Shown here: positions 1 to 12,855 of the stretch, one piece after another
Position numbering within the stretch: the stretch's first letter is position 1
Layout of the letters: each line of letters opens with the position of its first letter
NCBI RefSeq assembly: GCF_041956535.1
Contig: NW_027192197.1
Location: forward strand, 383,829-447,828
Length of the DNA stretch: 64,000 bases
Reading direction: 5' to 3'
Source: Calcarisporiella thermophila CBS 279.70
Lineage: Eukaryota; Fungi; Calcarisporiellomycota
Program-made: the position numbers and the translations under genes
The notes under the pieces: model-generated
The model's input: the letters and a program-made list of their open reading frames with translations, nothing else
What the model was told of the DNA's origin: nothing
Databases searched by the model: none

Positions 1-1898
1 TCTGATTGCCGAAGGATGGTGCCCTACTATGGATATCAATAGGATCCAGCTTTCGTTGAGGCAATCCACTGTAAGCATGACTCAATAATTGCAGCCTTTT
101 ATCTCAATGGAACCTATGGATTATACTATTTGTCTTAATAATTTAGGAGGCCGCTGGCGGAATGATTCCTTCTATTCTTAATGAGCTGCGTACGACAAAG
201 GAGCCCCCAACCTTCCATCGCACTAACAAATTTACCGCCGGCTTTCAAAATATTGTGGATGCTTATGGTGTTGCTAAGTATCGTGAAGTCAATCCTGGTC
301 TCTTCACGATCATATCTTTTCCATTCCTTTTTGCCGTCATGTTTGGTGATCTTGGTCATGGAGCCATTCTAACTTTAATTGCACTTTGGATGGTCTTGCG
401 CGAAAAACGCTTGGAGAAAGAAACGAACGATGAAGTAATTTAATACATTAACCCGCTTATACTTGATATCTTTTTTAATATTTATCAATAATTTTTAGAT
501 CTTCGGGATGTTTTTCTTTGGTCGTTATATCATCTTACTTATGGGGCTATTCTCCATCTTTACGGGTCTGATCTATAATGACATATTTTCACTCTCAATG
601 AGTCTATTTAAATCGGGATGGGAATGGCCAGAGAATTTCGAGATTGGACAAATGCTTCAAGCTAAGCAGGTTGGCGTCTATCCATTCGGAATTGACCCGG
701 TATGTTGAATATTATCTAAAAAGAAAATGAATATTTCTGGTATAACAATTTATTGATCTCGAAAGGCTTGGCATGGTGCAACTAATAATCTGACCTTCAG
801 CAATTCTTACAAGATGAAGCAAGCTATTATCTTTGGTGTGATTCAAGTAAATAGTCTCCACTCAGCTGATTTCTTATCCGTACGCTAATATGTGAATTTA
901 TTATTATTTTTCTAGATGACCTTTGGTATCATCCTGACCAATTTCAATTATATTCACTTCAACCGGCGCTCCTCAGTATGGGCAGAATTTGTTCCGCAAA
1001 TACTTTTCATGATGTCTATTTTTGGTTATCTTGTGTTTACCATCATACTCAAATGGTCGATTGATTGGTATGCAACAGATGCTGACGGGAATCCTCTCCA
1101 CAACTCTCCCCCTAGTCTTCTAAATATGCTCATCTTCATGTTCCTCTCTCCTGGGAGTGTCGACCCCAAAGATCAGCTATTTCCCGGTCAAGGCCCATTG
1201 CAAGGATTTCTGTTGTTGCTTGCCATAGTTTGTGTACCCTGGATGTTATTGGCCCATCCTCTATTGCTTCGCCGAGAGCATAAACGGGTGCTTGAACAGG
1301 GATATCGTCAAATAGGAGATGTGCGAGTATCGTCTGAAGAACAAAATAGCGGTGGCGCCGTAATTACTGAGGAAATGAGCCAAGAGAATGTAAGACTCCA
1401 TTTTGATTTCATCATTAAGTTTCTCCATTTTCATATCTCTATTATACTGTAATAGCATTTTGATTTTTCAGACGTGATGATTAACCAGGGAATTCATACT
1501 ATTGAATTCTGTCTTGAGTGTATCTCTAATACAGCTTCCTATCTTCGTTTGTGGGCTCTTTCCCTTGCTCATGCCCGTAAGTGGCCATTTTCATTTTAAT
1601 TTTCTTTACGAGAATAAGCTGATTAGTGCCCATAGAATTGTCGGCGGTGCTATGGAATATGACTCTCAAGCAAGTTTTCAATTTCAAAGGCACTCTTGGT
1701 GTTGTCGGCTTGTTCATAGGCTTCGCAGTCTGGTTTTCCTTAACCATATTTATTCTCCTGCTCATGGAGGGTCTGTCTGCTTTCCTACACGCACTCCGTC
1801 TGCACTGGGTCGAATTCAATGGCAAGTTTTACAAAGCGTCTGGAGTCAAGTTCGAGCCTTTCTCATTTGCGAATATCTTGGATGATAAAGCTGCTTGA
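1..1898 (+). CDS. VPH1: V-type ATPase V0 subunit a (3' part, multi-exon, 5' end outside window)
   Basis: Spliced exons give [102 protein letters not shown] and [22 protein letters not shown] introns (e.g. 71-146); stop TGA at 1896-1898. Confidence 0.97.
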
Positions 1899-2036
1899 TC
1901 CACACAAGCTGCCATATAATTTACTTATAAATAAAAAGGATTTTATATTTGATATAGCTAATTTTCCACATCTATTGACAAGAATATGCAAATAGAGAAT
2001 GCATCTTGAACTTTTCTTAGTGATCGTTATCGTGAT

Positions 2037-3038
2037 TTAATCAGATGCTCTGAGGGCATACCTAAAAACGTGAAAAATTTTTCTTTAAAATCCGCTCACT
2101 CTATGTGAGAAAGAGTAGTAGTTACATTCGAACTGTAAACAATCCGTCTGGAAATCCGTGTTGAGTTTCTTCCTTAATTAACGATAACCCAGCTTTACGA
2201 AAGATATCCTTAAAATCTTTATCTGGTCTGTCAGAATAAAAGAACTCTCCATAAGCATTAATGTGTGTAACTAATATCATATATTCTCTACCTTGTCACA
2301 CTAGAATCCTCTTCATCGTATAAACATTCATTTGATGAAATATTTTCTTTCACTCCGATTATGCCTCCAGGTTTTAATCCTTTTTTACATCTCTGAAAGA
2401 ATGTAATAAGATCATCTAAAAAGATAGATCTAAAAATGAATTGGCTGAGAATAGGGAAATACTTTGATTAATTACCGTCTGTTAAATGACCAAGTACCCA
2501 TTGGCACCATATTAAGTCATACCGGCCTTCTACTGGCACGAAATTTTGCAGACCACAGGTATAGAAATCACCCACCTTGCCGTCACGAACTTGTTCCTTG
2601 AGATCAATGCGAGCCCTTTTGATGAATTTTTCGCATTGCTCTACCAGATCCACACGCTCAAAAGGAACCTTGAGCAACATCTGTTGTGTTACGCGGCCGA
2701 TTCCCGCACCGCAATCACAAGCATACTGCGGGGAGATGCAGGGTGCTTTGATCAAATGTCCACCGGCGCCTTTTTTACCGACAGTAAGCTCACGAAGAAA
2801 CCGAAGAGATCCTTGCGTGTCTATATGGGATATACGGCCGAAACCTCCAAGCATCCCATCGACGTCAGGGTCGATGGAATTCCAGTAGGACTGAGCATGT
2901 CCGTACCAATCCTTTTAGAAATACAAAAATAAACAAAAGTTCAATTCGTCATGGAGGAAGTTGACGAAAGAGATGCAAGGGTATAAACTAGCATAGATAT
3001 AAAACCTCCGAGCTCATTGATTTGACGTGGGACTCCAT
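2037..3038 (-). CDS. TAE1: Alpha N-terminal protein methyltransferase (NTM1/Tae1), multi-exon
   Basis: WYGHAQSYWNSIDPDVDGMLGGFG, SAM motif DCGAGIGRVT, YDLIWCQWVLGHLTD, KENI..DEEDSSVTR; ends YALRASD*. Start exon inferred from ATG at 3038. Confidence 0.9.
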
Positions 3039-3515
3039 TACGACAGGGTTAAAGAAGTTCAAAGCACTACCAACCAAACGGCAGCCGAGTGTTCAGAAAA
3101 GGTTAGTGTGGGTCAGCAGAGTTGGACTAAGAAAAGCAGAGAATAGCGCAGGAAAAGTGTGCGAGGTCTGCTTAATCTATTCAGAGTTAAGCTGTGTACT
3201 AAAATGTCCTGGTTTGACCTGGCCCCTCCAAACATGACGTAATTTAAGTGTTGCGGCGTGCAAAATTTTAGCTGTAATATTTTTAAAAATAATTCTTACT
3301 CTGTTGAAAAAAAAATTTCAATTGAAACAGCTCAACTAACTTTTTTGCATCTCCCTTTTTTTAATATTTTTTTTACAACTCTTTATCCCTCCATTTTTTT
3401 TCTTCTTATAAACCTCTTTCCCTCTGTGCCATTTATCTCTACTGCTTTGTCGGAAACTTCAGTTCCATCCTAGTTGTTGAAAAGCAGTGTTGTTTTGCCT
3501 TCAGTTCTCTCCAGA

Positions 3516-4856
3516 ATGGCTCATGGGAATGCCGCTCTAGAGGAGAGACCTTCCAAGAACGTCTTCAAGCTAGCACTTGCTCAGTTGTTCGTTACCCAGG
3601 ACAAACAAGCTAATCTCACGGGCGCTAGTCGCCTCATCGTGGAGGCAGCAATTAAAGGAGCAAACATCGTTGTGCTACCCGTGAGTTTGGTACCTTAAAC
3701 ATCAACCTCTACCTGGATACTTATAATACACCCATAGGAGTGTTTTATCTGCCCTTTCTCCCCAAGTAATTTTGCACGGTTTGCTGAACAGATACCGGGT
3801 GGCGAGACATATGAATTTCTTTCAGGCTATGCTAAGGTTTGACCACTTCTTTCTTCTATTGATGTTCGTCACAGTCTTCTTATGCTTACTTGTATTTACA
3901 GGAGTATCGCGTGTACTTAATTGGTGGTAATTTCTATTGCAATTACTGTGTCTTTGATTTGGTAAGAGTTGCTTACCAATATTCTTTCTCGCCAGGCTCT
4001 ATCCCTGAACGAGGCGAATCCGGGAAACTCTATGATACATGTTGTGTATTTGGCCCAAATGGTAAAGATCCTACTTATTACCCTTGGGCAAACTCTTCTC
4101 ACCTTTCATGGGTTCTAGGTGAACTGGTCGCAAAGCATCGGAAAGAAATCGTGTCAGAAACAATGCCGGAAAAAATTCCAGCAAGAAAGGTAAGGATCTC
4201 TAGAGGGCTACATACGAAGATAAGAGCTTCGAGGTTAACCACAACAATACGTAGGAGTCGAAGGCTATTTATTCAAATTGTGAATCCCTTGCCTATGTTG
4301 ATACAGTATACGGCAGAATTGGTGTTGGATTATGCGTGGATGTCAACGACTCTTCACTCGCGAAGAAAGCTGCCCAGAAGGATTGTATTATTTTAGTTTA
4401 CCCCACTCTCTTCACCGTTGATGCAGCCCCTATCTACTGGGAAGTAATGCAACAAGCTACGTGAGTAGAAAGGACTGGGTTGAGTTGAGTCCATTCTGGT
4501 ACTAATCATGAAATTGTTCTTTGAATAGTGCTAACCATACTCAGATATATATCGCTGCCTGTTCTCCTGCTCGTAATTATACCTCGGAACTAGTACCTCT
4601 TGGCCACAGCTCTGTCGTAGATCCATCTGGTCGAGTGATTGCATCTACCAAACATGAAGAGTCGATTGTCTACGCTGACATTGGTGAGCTTTTCTATTGT
4701 CCAACTTCATTAGGAGTGGACAAGTCGATGCTAATTAACGCATTCTACAAGATAGATCTGGAGCACCTACAAGTCGTGCGGAAGAACGGGACAATAATTT
4801 CTGATGCCATCGAGCAAGTTTCACCAAGAGTCCATTGTTCATCTTCTAGTATATGA
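3516..4856 (+). CDS. Carbon-nitrogen hydrolase (Nit2/Nit3 omega-amidase-like), divergent, multi-exon
   Basis: FKLALAQL, GANIVVLP|ECF, LIGGSIPE, KHRK, GRIGVGLCVD, QIYIAACSPARN and GHSSVVDPSG; the E-K-C triad is present across exons. Confidence 0.88.
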
Positions 4857-5945
4857 AAATTTAATGAACACTATTGGTATTACACTCTTATTTCGTAGAT
4901 TTTTTTTTTTCTCTTTAAAATTTATAGCGCCTTTTTTGAAATATTTCTTTCCTTTGTATGATTTTTTTTTTCGTTTTCTTTTCTTTTTTAATTGGGTATA
5001 TATGCTTTTATTCTCTGGGGAAGAATGAAAGTAGGGAGGTTGTTTACTTAGTAAACAATATGTTATTCACATTTTTATTCTTGTTTTTAAAAAAAATCTT
5101 TGATTTTTTTTATTCATTTTTTCTCCCCTTCTCGCAATATCCCTTCCAACTTTCCTTCGCGTTGTGAATTTTCATCATGATTTTACTTAACTTTCGTAGC
5201 TTCTTATTTTTGTACGTATTTTTTATTTTCTCTTCCCATTATCATTCCTGATAAATTAGTACTATTCGAAATATACAGGAGCCACTTAGCGAGCCCTAAA
5301 ATGGAATAAAGGAGTTTGGATTAGGAAAGGATTTATGCAACCTCTCTCACGAACCAACACCAGATGAATATGGAATCTATGACATAAATTCCCAGCAATT
5401 CTGTTGCAGCCGTGGTCACAAGTTCTCCTCCTTGGATCGATTTGCAAGTTTGCATTGGGACTTAGCTTATTTCGGACTCCGTTTCAAAACGGGGTCTTCT
5501 AAATGAAGCAATGCTGACAGGTTTTAGAAATACGTCAACCGCTGTTAATGGCACTAAAACCAACTCCACAATCGTTCTTTTAAAAAGATGGGGGATAGGA
5601 TGATTCATGTCAAGATTAATTAGGTGGATAAACATAGGATGACTGACCAAAAAAGCAATAGGGCATAGAGATAATAGAACAATACGATAACGAATGGCAA
5701 ATCCAAAGTCCGGCCCAGCGATTGGATATATGGAAATAATCAAGGATATATAGGATATAAATACATAAATGAATGTAAAATAAAATGAAGGGTGAATAGA
5801 ATGAAGCCATTTTCCTGGCGGATAAGGGTTTAGGGAACGGGAAAAACATTTCAAGAGAGAGATATGTAATAGCCCAACCATTACCAAGCCCGCTAAATTT
5901 TGTACACATCATATCATCTATACAAGAAACTCGGTTTCTGCTCTG

Positions 5946-7397
5946 CTATCGAAGGACCAATCGATGTCCCGGAACTAATATAAATATGGTCGTGGTGACG
6001 ACAGTCGCAAGAACCGTGTTCACGAAGAGGAACACTGCACGCCGATTATGAAGTCGCTGGACTGCACTTTCCTTTATCTGGTAGAATCGTAAGCCGTGAG
6101 TCCCGCTAAACAATTCGCGAACAATTGAAAAAGATCAGTTATACAATAAATAAGCTTTATCAGTAGCCACAACCTACCACAGTTTGAGCAGTGTCAATAA
6201 CGGTGAAAACTCCGACAAGCTTGTTATTAGGCACGACCATCCGAGGAAGATGGGCAAGGAGCCCCAAAGCCGGGTGGTCCATCCACCAAGATTGAGAAAC
6301 ACGAAAGTAAGTTCAAATGCAAATCCAGCAGTAAGAACCAGGACACCCAATAGCATAAGGATCCGTGCCAGAGGTAAGGAGATGTTCGATGTGCAGGCCT
6401 CATCAAGAAAATGGGGATAATAATAAGCACCAAGTGCACCGTATACGTAAGCTTTGGCTTGTGAGAACACTGCTGGATCTACTCGTCCTCTGACCTCCAC
6501 CAGCTCGTGTAGTGCAAGCCGTTGATCTTCAGGAAGACATACGCTATACTTTTCTGCATCATAGGGCGAGCAGAATCTTTCGTAGAGACGTAGTGCTGAA
6601 TCATGTAGCTCGTTTAAGGTTGGAGCATCATGTACTTTAATCACAACGGCTTCCAGGGGCATATCTGATCCACCCTCCCTGGTCTCAACAATGTTATGAA
6701 TGTGCCGTCTCTCTTCTGCTGTAGCAGCAGTCATTAAATCCTCCGGGGATAACCTACGGTGGTCATGAAAGATCAAGTTCTTCGAGATCAATTGTTCATT
6801 CCGCAGATTATTGATGTTGATGCTTTCGTCTTCATCGTTCTCCTCGCTTACTACAACAACAACAGACGGCGAATGCGACCACCCTGCTTGTTCTCTGTGT
6901 TCATGTTCACAATATGCTTGCCACATCCGTTCATGTTTTTCAAGCTCCTCGAGAAAATGTAGATTTTCGTCGGCACGATATCGTCTCCGAAGATATCGAT
7001 CAAAATCTCGTAGGGAGAGCGGTGAGTGCGCGAGCCCAGAGAGTACCTGATCGAGAGTGGGAAGCCCCTTAATAGAGAGATGATATTCTTGTATTCGATT
7101 CCAAGCATTGCAACCGCGCTCAAGTTCATCATAATCCCTTGGGTGCGAGGTGAGTAAGTGAGTGGAGCGGGAAGAGTCGGGATGAGCGGATAATGAAATT
7201 TCGCTACTAGAAGTAAGTGCCGGGGTGATGCGGCCAGTAGGAGATGGTACAAGCATGCAAGAGGAATCGGCATCGTATTCGGGAGAAAGTGGACGTGGAG
7301 AAGGAGATCGTCGCCTCGTATTGTGATAGTTTGACCAACGAGGGCTTGTGATTTCAAAAGATGGGGTAGGGCTTTTCATCCTCACTTGATTATACAT
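5946..7397 (-). CDS. RAX1: Rax1-like RGS-domain membrane protein (bud-site/polarity)
   Basis: LPTLDQVLSG..PLSLRDFDRYL..ENLHFL RGS-like segment and PAVFSQAK..YYPHFL, followed by TM helices. After an intron (~6107-6175) the last exon ends TIFILVPGHRLVLR* (TAG at 5946-5948), like Rax1 C-termini. Confidence 0.75.
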
Positions 7398-7905
7398 TTT
7401 TAATAATTTATATCAATAAAAAAGACTATAAAATTATATAAGGTATATTGTAGAGATTGCTGGAATGGAAAGAATTTGAATGTATAAGATCATCTAGATC
7501 AAAGGAATCCTTGTGCCAGCAAGTTGATGATGCTATAAAAGAAGGGATATCCAGCAATCTACGAGGATAAAAAGTCTGAAAGGAGCGAGATGGGTAAAAC
7601 CGAGGATTATCGGAAGAGAGAGATCTACTCTCTATCGAGTGCGATGCTCCACTCAAAGTATATAGAACAGAGAAGAACCGTTAGAGAAAATCAAAATTCA
7701 ACATTTTCACCCTTTTCGTGTAAGGGTGATTGAATTGCTGCAGCCCTCAGATCCACAAGCATCACCACAGACAGAGTAAATTGGAAGCCACTTTCGAAAA
7801 TAAAAAAATTGCCCCCTTTCAAGCAGGCTTTATTTGATTTCAATAAAATATTAGCTAGTATAACTTCTAATCCAAAACGATTCGGTATAGAACGAGGTCC
7901 ATTTT

Positions 7906-9044
<1,139 letters not shown>

Positions 9045-11301
9045 CTTATGTAGTTGATTCTATTCTATTACTGAAACCTAGAGAGCAATAACAACGATTC
9101 GGGACTATATTTGGCGCAGCAATTAGAAGCTTGAAATTAGACAATGGAATATCGTAAGATACCAATAAGAATGGAAATAATGTACGGAATTTATGTGAAA
9201 CGGCTATTTTAAATCGAGGGATAGGGTGAAATTTAGCTTATCGAATACTATTTACATTCTAGTTTCCCGTTTAAATCTACATGGACCATTCACTGAAGAA
9301 GAGCTCGCATATGTACATTAAAGGATGATGTTAAGTACTCTTGGCCATACCAATCCGTAGAGCCGGTTTTTATAGAGTGGCAATATGCGGCCAATTCTAT
9401 ATGCATTCTAGCTTGCTGTCATTCACCTAGAGCAGTAGCTGAGAGCCTTCATTCTACTATTATTTAGGATATTAAAAACCCTATGTTTAGAGAAGATCTC
9501 CCGACATAGCTGGCCTCTATCTCTTGTCGTATTTATGTTTGATCTGTGGAAAGATTAGTTGTCTTACAATTAAAGCGCGATCACGCTGTCCTTGAATTTT
9601 TTTAAGTTGAACAAGGCAGGTGTTCCACTGGTTGTGCCCGAAGATAAGGTTTGGATCTTCGAGAGCAGACTTCAAATCGTGCCTGAGAATTCAAACCTGT
9701 CTCCTAAGAAAAAATAGATGAGCAAACTTGGTGCGCATGGAATCTTCGACTGTTATCGCATAACTTAGTTTCAGAGCTTAGAAAGGTAAAATTAAAGGAG
9801 ACCTATAAACTCGAGAGAGTAGGAAATATCGAAAATGACCTCAGTGCCGAAGTATCTAAGCTTCACTTGCTTCCATCCCCGTCCTGATGGTCTTGAGTCC
9901 CCAGCCTACTACATATATTGGCCGAATTTATTTTACGAAATGATACTTTCAAAACAACCCTCTCCAGATGCATTCGCACTCCTCCCTCTGATAGACGTGC
10001 ATTTCTGCATATTATACATATTTGGCAACTCAATTTTCGAATCCCCTCGCCTAACCATCTCCTTTTAGACCACTACTGCAGCAGGGGCATTGGGTCTGAA
10101 AATGATACCGAATTTGAATCAGATACAAAGACAAAAGCAATATACTGCCTTTGCATATATTCATAAGGCGTGCGAATTGGCTGCCTATTAAGCGGACACT
10201 CTGAGTCAGAATAGAATCTAGCAGCTTTAAATTGCCCGGATTATGACGCAGTTTCGCAGCTCGAATCTTTTGGTCTGGTGGAGTGGGCGAGCACTTCAAG
10301 CATTATTACTAGGAAATATATAGGCTATAAATTTTATTCTGAAATTCGCGTGCAGTGTGGCTCGCATGGGCGCATGGCTGCTGAAGTATGCTTGCGTAGG
10401 AGGGATAATTTATAAAGTATAGGAAAAACAGCGGAAGAATTATTACTCCTCAGGTGATCTGATAAGTAAATATTACATTTTCGCTGGAGGAGAAGGACTA
10501 TAAACAATATGCAATTATACCAGATTGCCGTATCCAGGAGTCGTTAATGGGATGGGAAGGGAATCGATTTAACTCCCAAATTTAGACTCTCATATAAAAC
10601 AGATTTCCTTTATGTAGACTCTTGTTCTGAAATCGTTTTGGTCGAGACTTTGTTCATTTAGGCGCGCACGGTATTTCTTGATGAAACAGTACTAGTGATG
10701 CGAGTGCCTAAACGAGCTAGTTGCAGCACTAGATGGGCATGCAACCAGTGAGCCGATGGTTCTCCTGAAACTCAATATATGAATAGCTTTTAGTGGTTCT
10801 GCTGGTTTGCTTTTTGCACTACCAATAACAAAGACTTTTGCTTGCAGTTTTCTAGCGGGAAAACTCAACGGAATCTTTACGCAGACCGGAACAAAAGCGC
10901 TTTAGCACGCCCGGCTCATACTTCCATATATTCGGCGTACGTTGTCACAACGCCGTTCTATTAGCTTTATCGTTCCCATCAAATGTGGGCATCCGCTTTA
11001 TTTCAGCTCTTCAATTCTTTTTATGTAAGCTTGGATATGATTTTAAAATTTGGTCCTACCTTGTGGCTGATTCTAATAAAGATTAATCCTCATGGTGTTA
11101 GTTAAATCTGTGCATGGATTTCATTTTTCTGATTTAGACGAAAATATTTATCGTTGGATAATCTCCTAGATATACTCAATATTTTTCACTTTCTTTATTT
11201 CATAAACTGCGCAATCGTTATTGATTATTTTCATTTGTATCAACACTAACCCATAATTTGGGGGTGGATCAGTAATATCAAGGGTGAGATTGGTTAACCC
11301 G

Positions 11302-12548
11302 ATGGCACGCTCAATCCCTGCCATAATCTATCTCGTGGTTTTCAGTTACACATTTTTCATCTCGCTACTGGGAGTAAATGGAGAATTATTATACGCTCGT
11401 CAAGGTATGTTTTTTGGGACAAAATTTTAAGCTTCATCTTTTAAACATTTGATTAATATACATCAGCTAATGTTTGCGCTAACATCGCAACCGATGTGTA
11501 TTGTTCGCCCGCTGCCGGAGAATTATGGGATGTTGGCACGTATCGTCGTATAATATGGAACAATCTTAATCCTGCACTAGCACCAGCAACTAGTGTAGAC
11601 ATATATCTCATTTATTTGGATGGCGGCAGCAATACTGTGACAAAATCTTGGACAGATGCTATAAATAATGGGACTCTAGATATCTTTGTAGCAAAAGATT
11701 GGTTCCCTGCAGATAAGCAACTTGTTGCAGACACGATCAAAGAATTTGCCCTACACATTGCATGGTCGGGGCAGCAGCGAGAAAAATTTCCGAGAGGACC
11801 ATCATTCCGTGTTAGAAGTATGGTTGATAGAGAATGGACTTACCATTTCAAGGAGGTATAATAACAATGAACTTTTCCCTTTCTAGATCCCGCTCAGCTC
11901 GCCCCTACCATGATCGTCACAACAATGGTCAAAGTGCCAATGACCACATATGTTGACACCCCTACATCTACATATCTTAAATTAACACCCGCTGGTGGCA
12001 ACGAAGGTAGCTTTCCTACATGGGCAATCGGTGTGATTTCTGCTCTTGGAACATGTGCGCTTATAGCAATAGTTGCTGGCGTTTTCGTATGGCAATTGCG
12101 AAAACGGAGACCCAAAGATAGCCATTTCTTCAGTCCTTCACACACTTCACAAGCCTCTGCTGTACCAATGGCTGCTACGGGTAACACAGCAGAAAAGACA
12201 GCTGCCAAAGAAGGAGCACTTGAAACGACTAATAAGGAAGGGGCTAGTATTTCGTCTTTCCCCTCTAATCGCCCTACGTCCTCATTATCTGGCAACGGTG
12301 GCAATGGATTACGAGCTAGCATAGGGTCCGCTGGTGCAACCTCTGAGAATGAAGCGGGAAGCCGGAGAAGCGGGCATTCTAATGTACTCTCTGCTACTGA
12401 TGCAATGCTTATTGCAGATGCTTTTCGACAACAAATGAGAAAACCAACATGGGAAGAGAATGGAGAAAGTGGGGCTGGAGATGAGTCTGAGAAGGAGAGG
12501 AGTCATGGTGAAGATAAAGAGAAGAATCCGTCCGGAGACAAGTCATGA
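11302..12548 (+). CDS. Secreted single-pass (type I) membrane protein with Thr-rich stalk, unknown function
   Basis: Signal peptide MARSIPAIIYLVVFSYTFFISLLG; introns ~11405-11466 and ~11818-11886 join ORFs 11496 and 11910; TM WAIGVISALGTCALIAIVAGVFVW followed by RKRR; Ser-rich cytoplasmic tail. Confidence 0.75.
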
Positions 12549-12753
12549 GCTAAATTCTACCAAACATAATGCTATGCTATATTTGTTTTTTATTAGACGA
12601 TTTTTTCCTATGTCTTTTATAATTATATTTTCGACCTTCTAGTGTAAATTCTGTTTTTCATCCTAGGATCTTAATACCTTCCACTTTTTGACCTTTTTGA
12701 TTTTAATTATCATTACCATTTGAGCTTCAATAAACCATTTTCTGCTGACTAAA

Positions 12754-12792
12754 TTTTGGATATTTTATAATAATATTATAAAATATCCAAAA
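12754..12792. repeat. Perfect inverted repeat, 19-bp arms, 1-nt spacer
   Basis: TTTTGGATATTTTATAATA-A-TATTATAAAATATCCAAAA. Confidence 0.95.
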
Positions 12793-12810
12793 AAGGAAGG
12801 AATTGGAAAC

Positions 12811-12855
12811 GGAAGTCAAAAAGGAGAAGATAATATCTTCTCCTTTTTGACTTCC
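12811..12855. repeat. Perfect inverted repeat, 22-bp arms, 1-nt spacer
   Basis: GGAAGTCAAAAAGGAGAAGATA-A-TATCTTCTCCTTTTTGACTTCC. Confidence 0.95.

Noticed and set aside
9636-9705. tRNA-Sec-like look (GCCCG start, GCAGA-CTTCAAA-TC anticodon-like arm)
   Set aside because: No 3' acceptor strand complementary to GCCCGAAGA, no proper T-arm, and the anticodon stem needs a bulge; it cannot fold into a cloverleaf.
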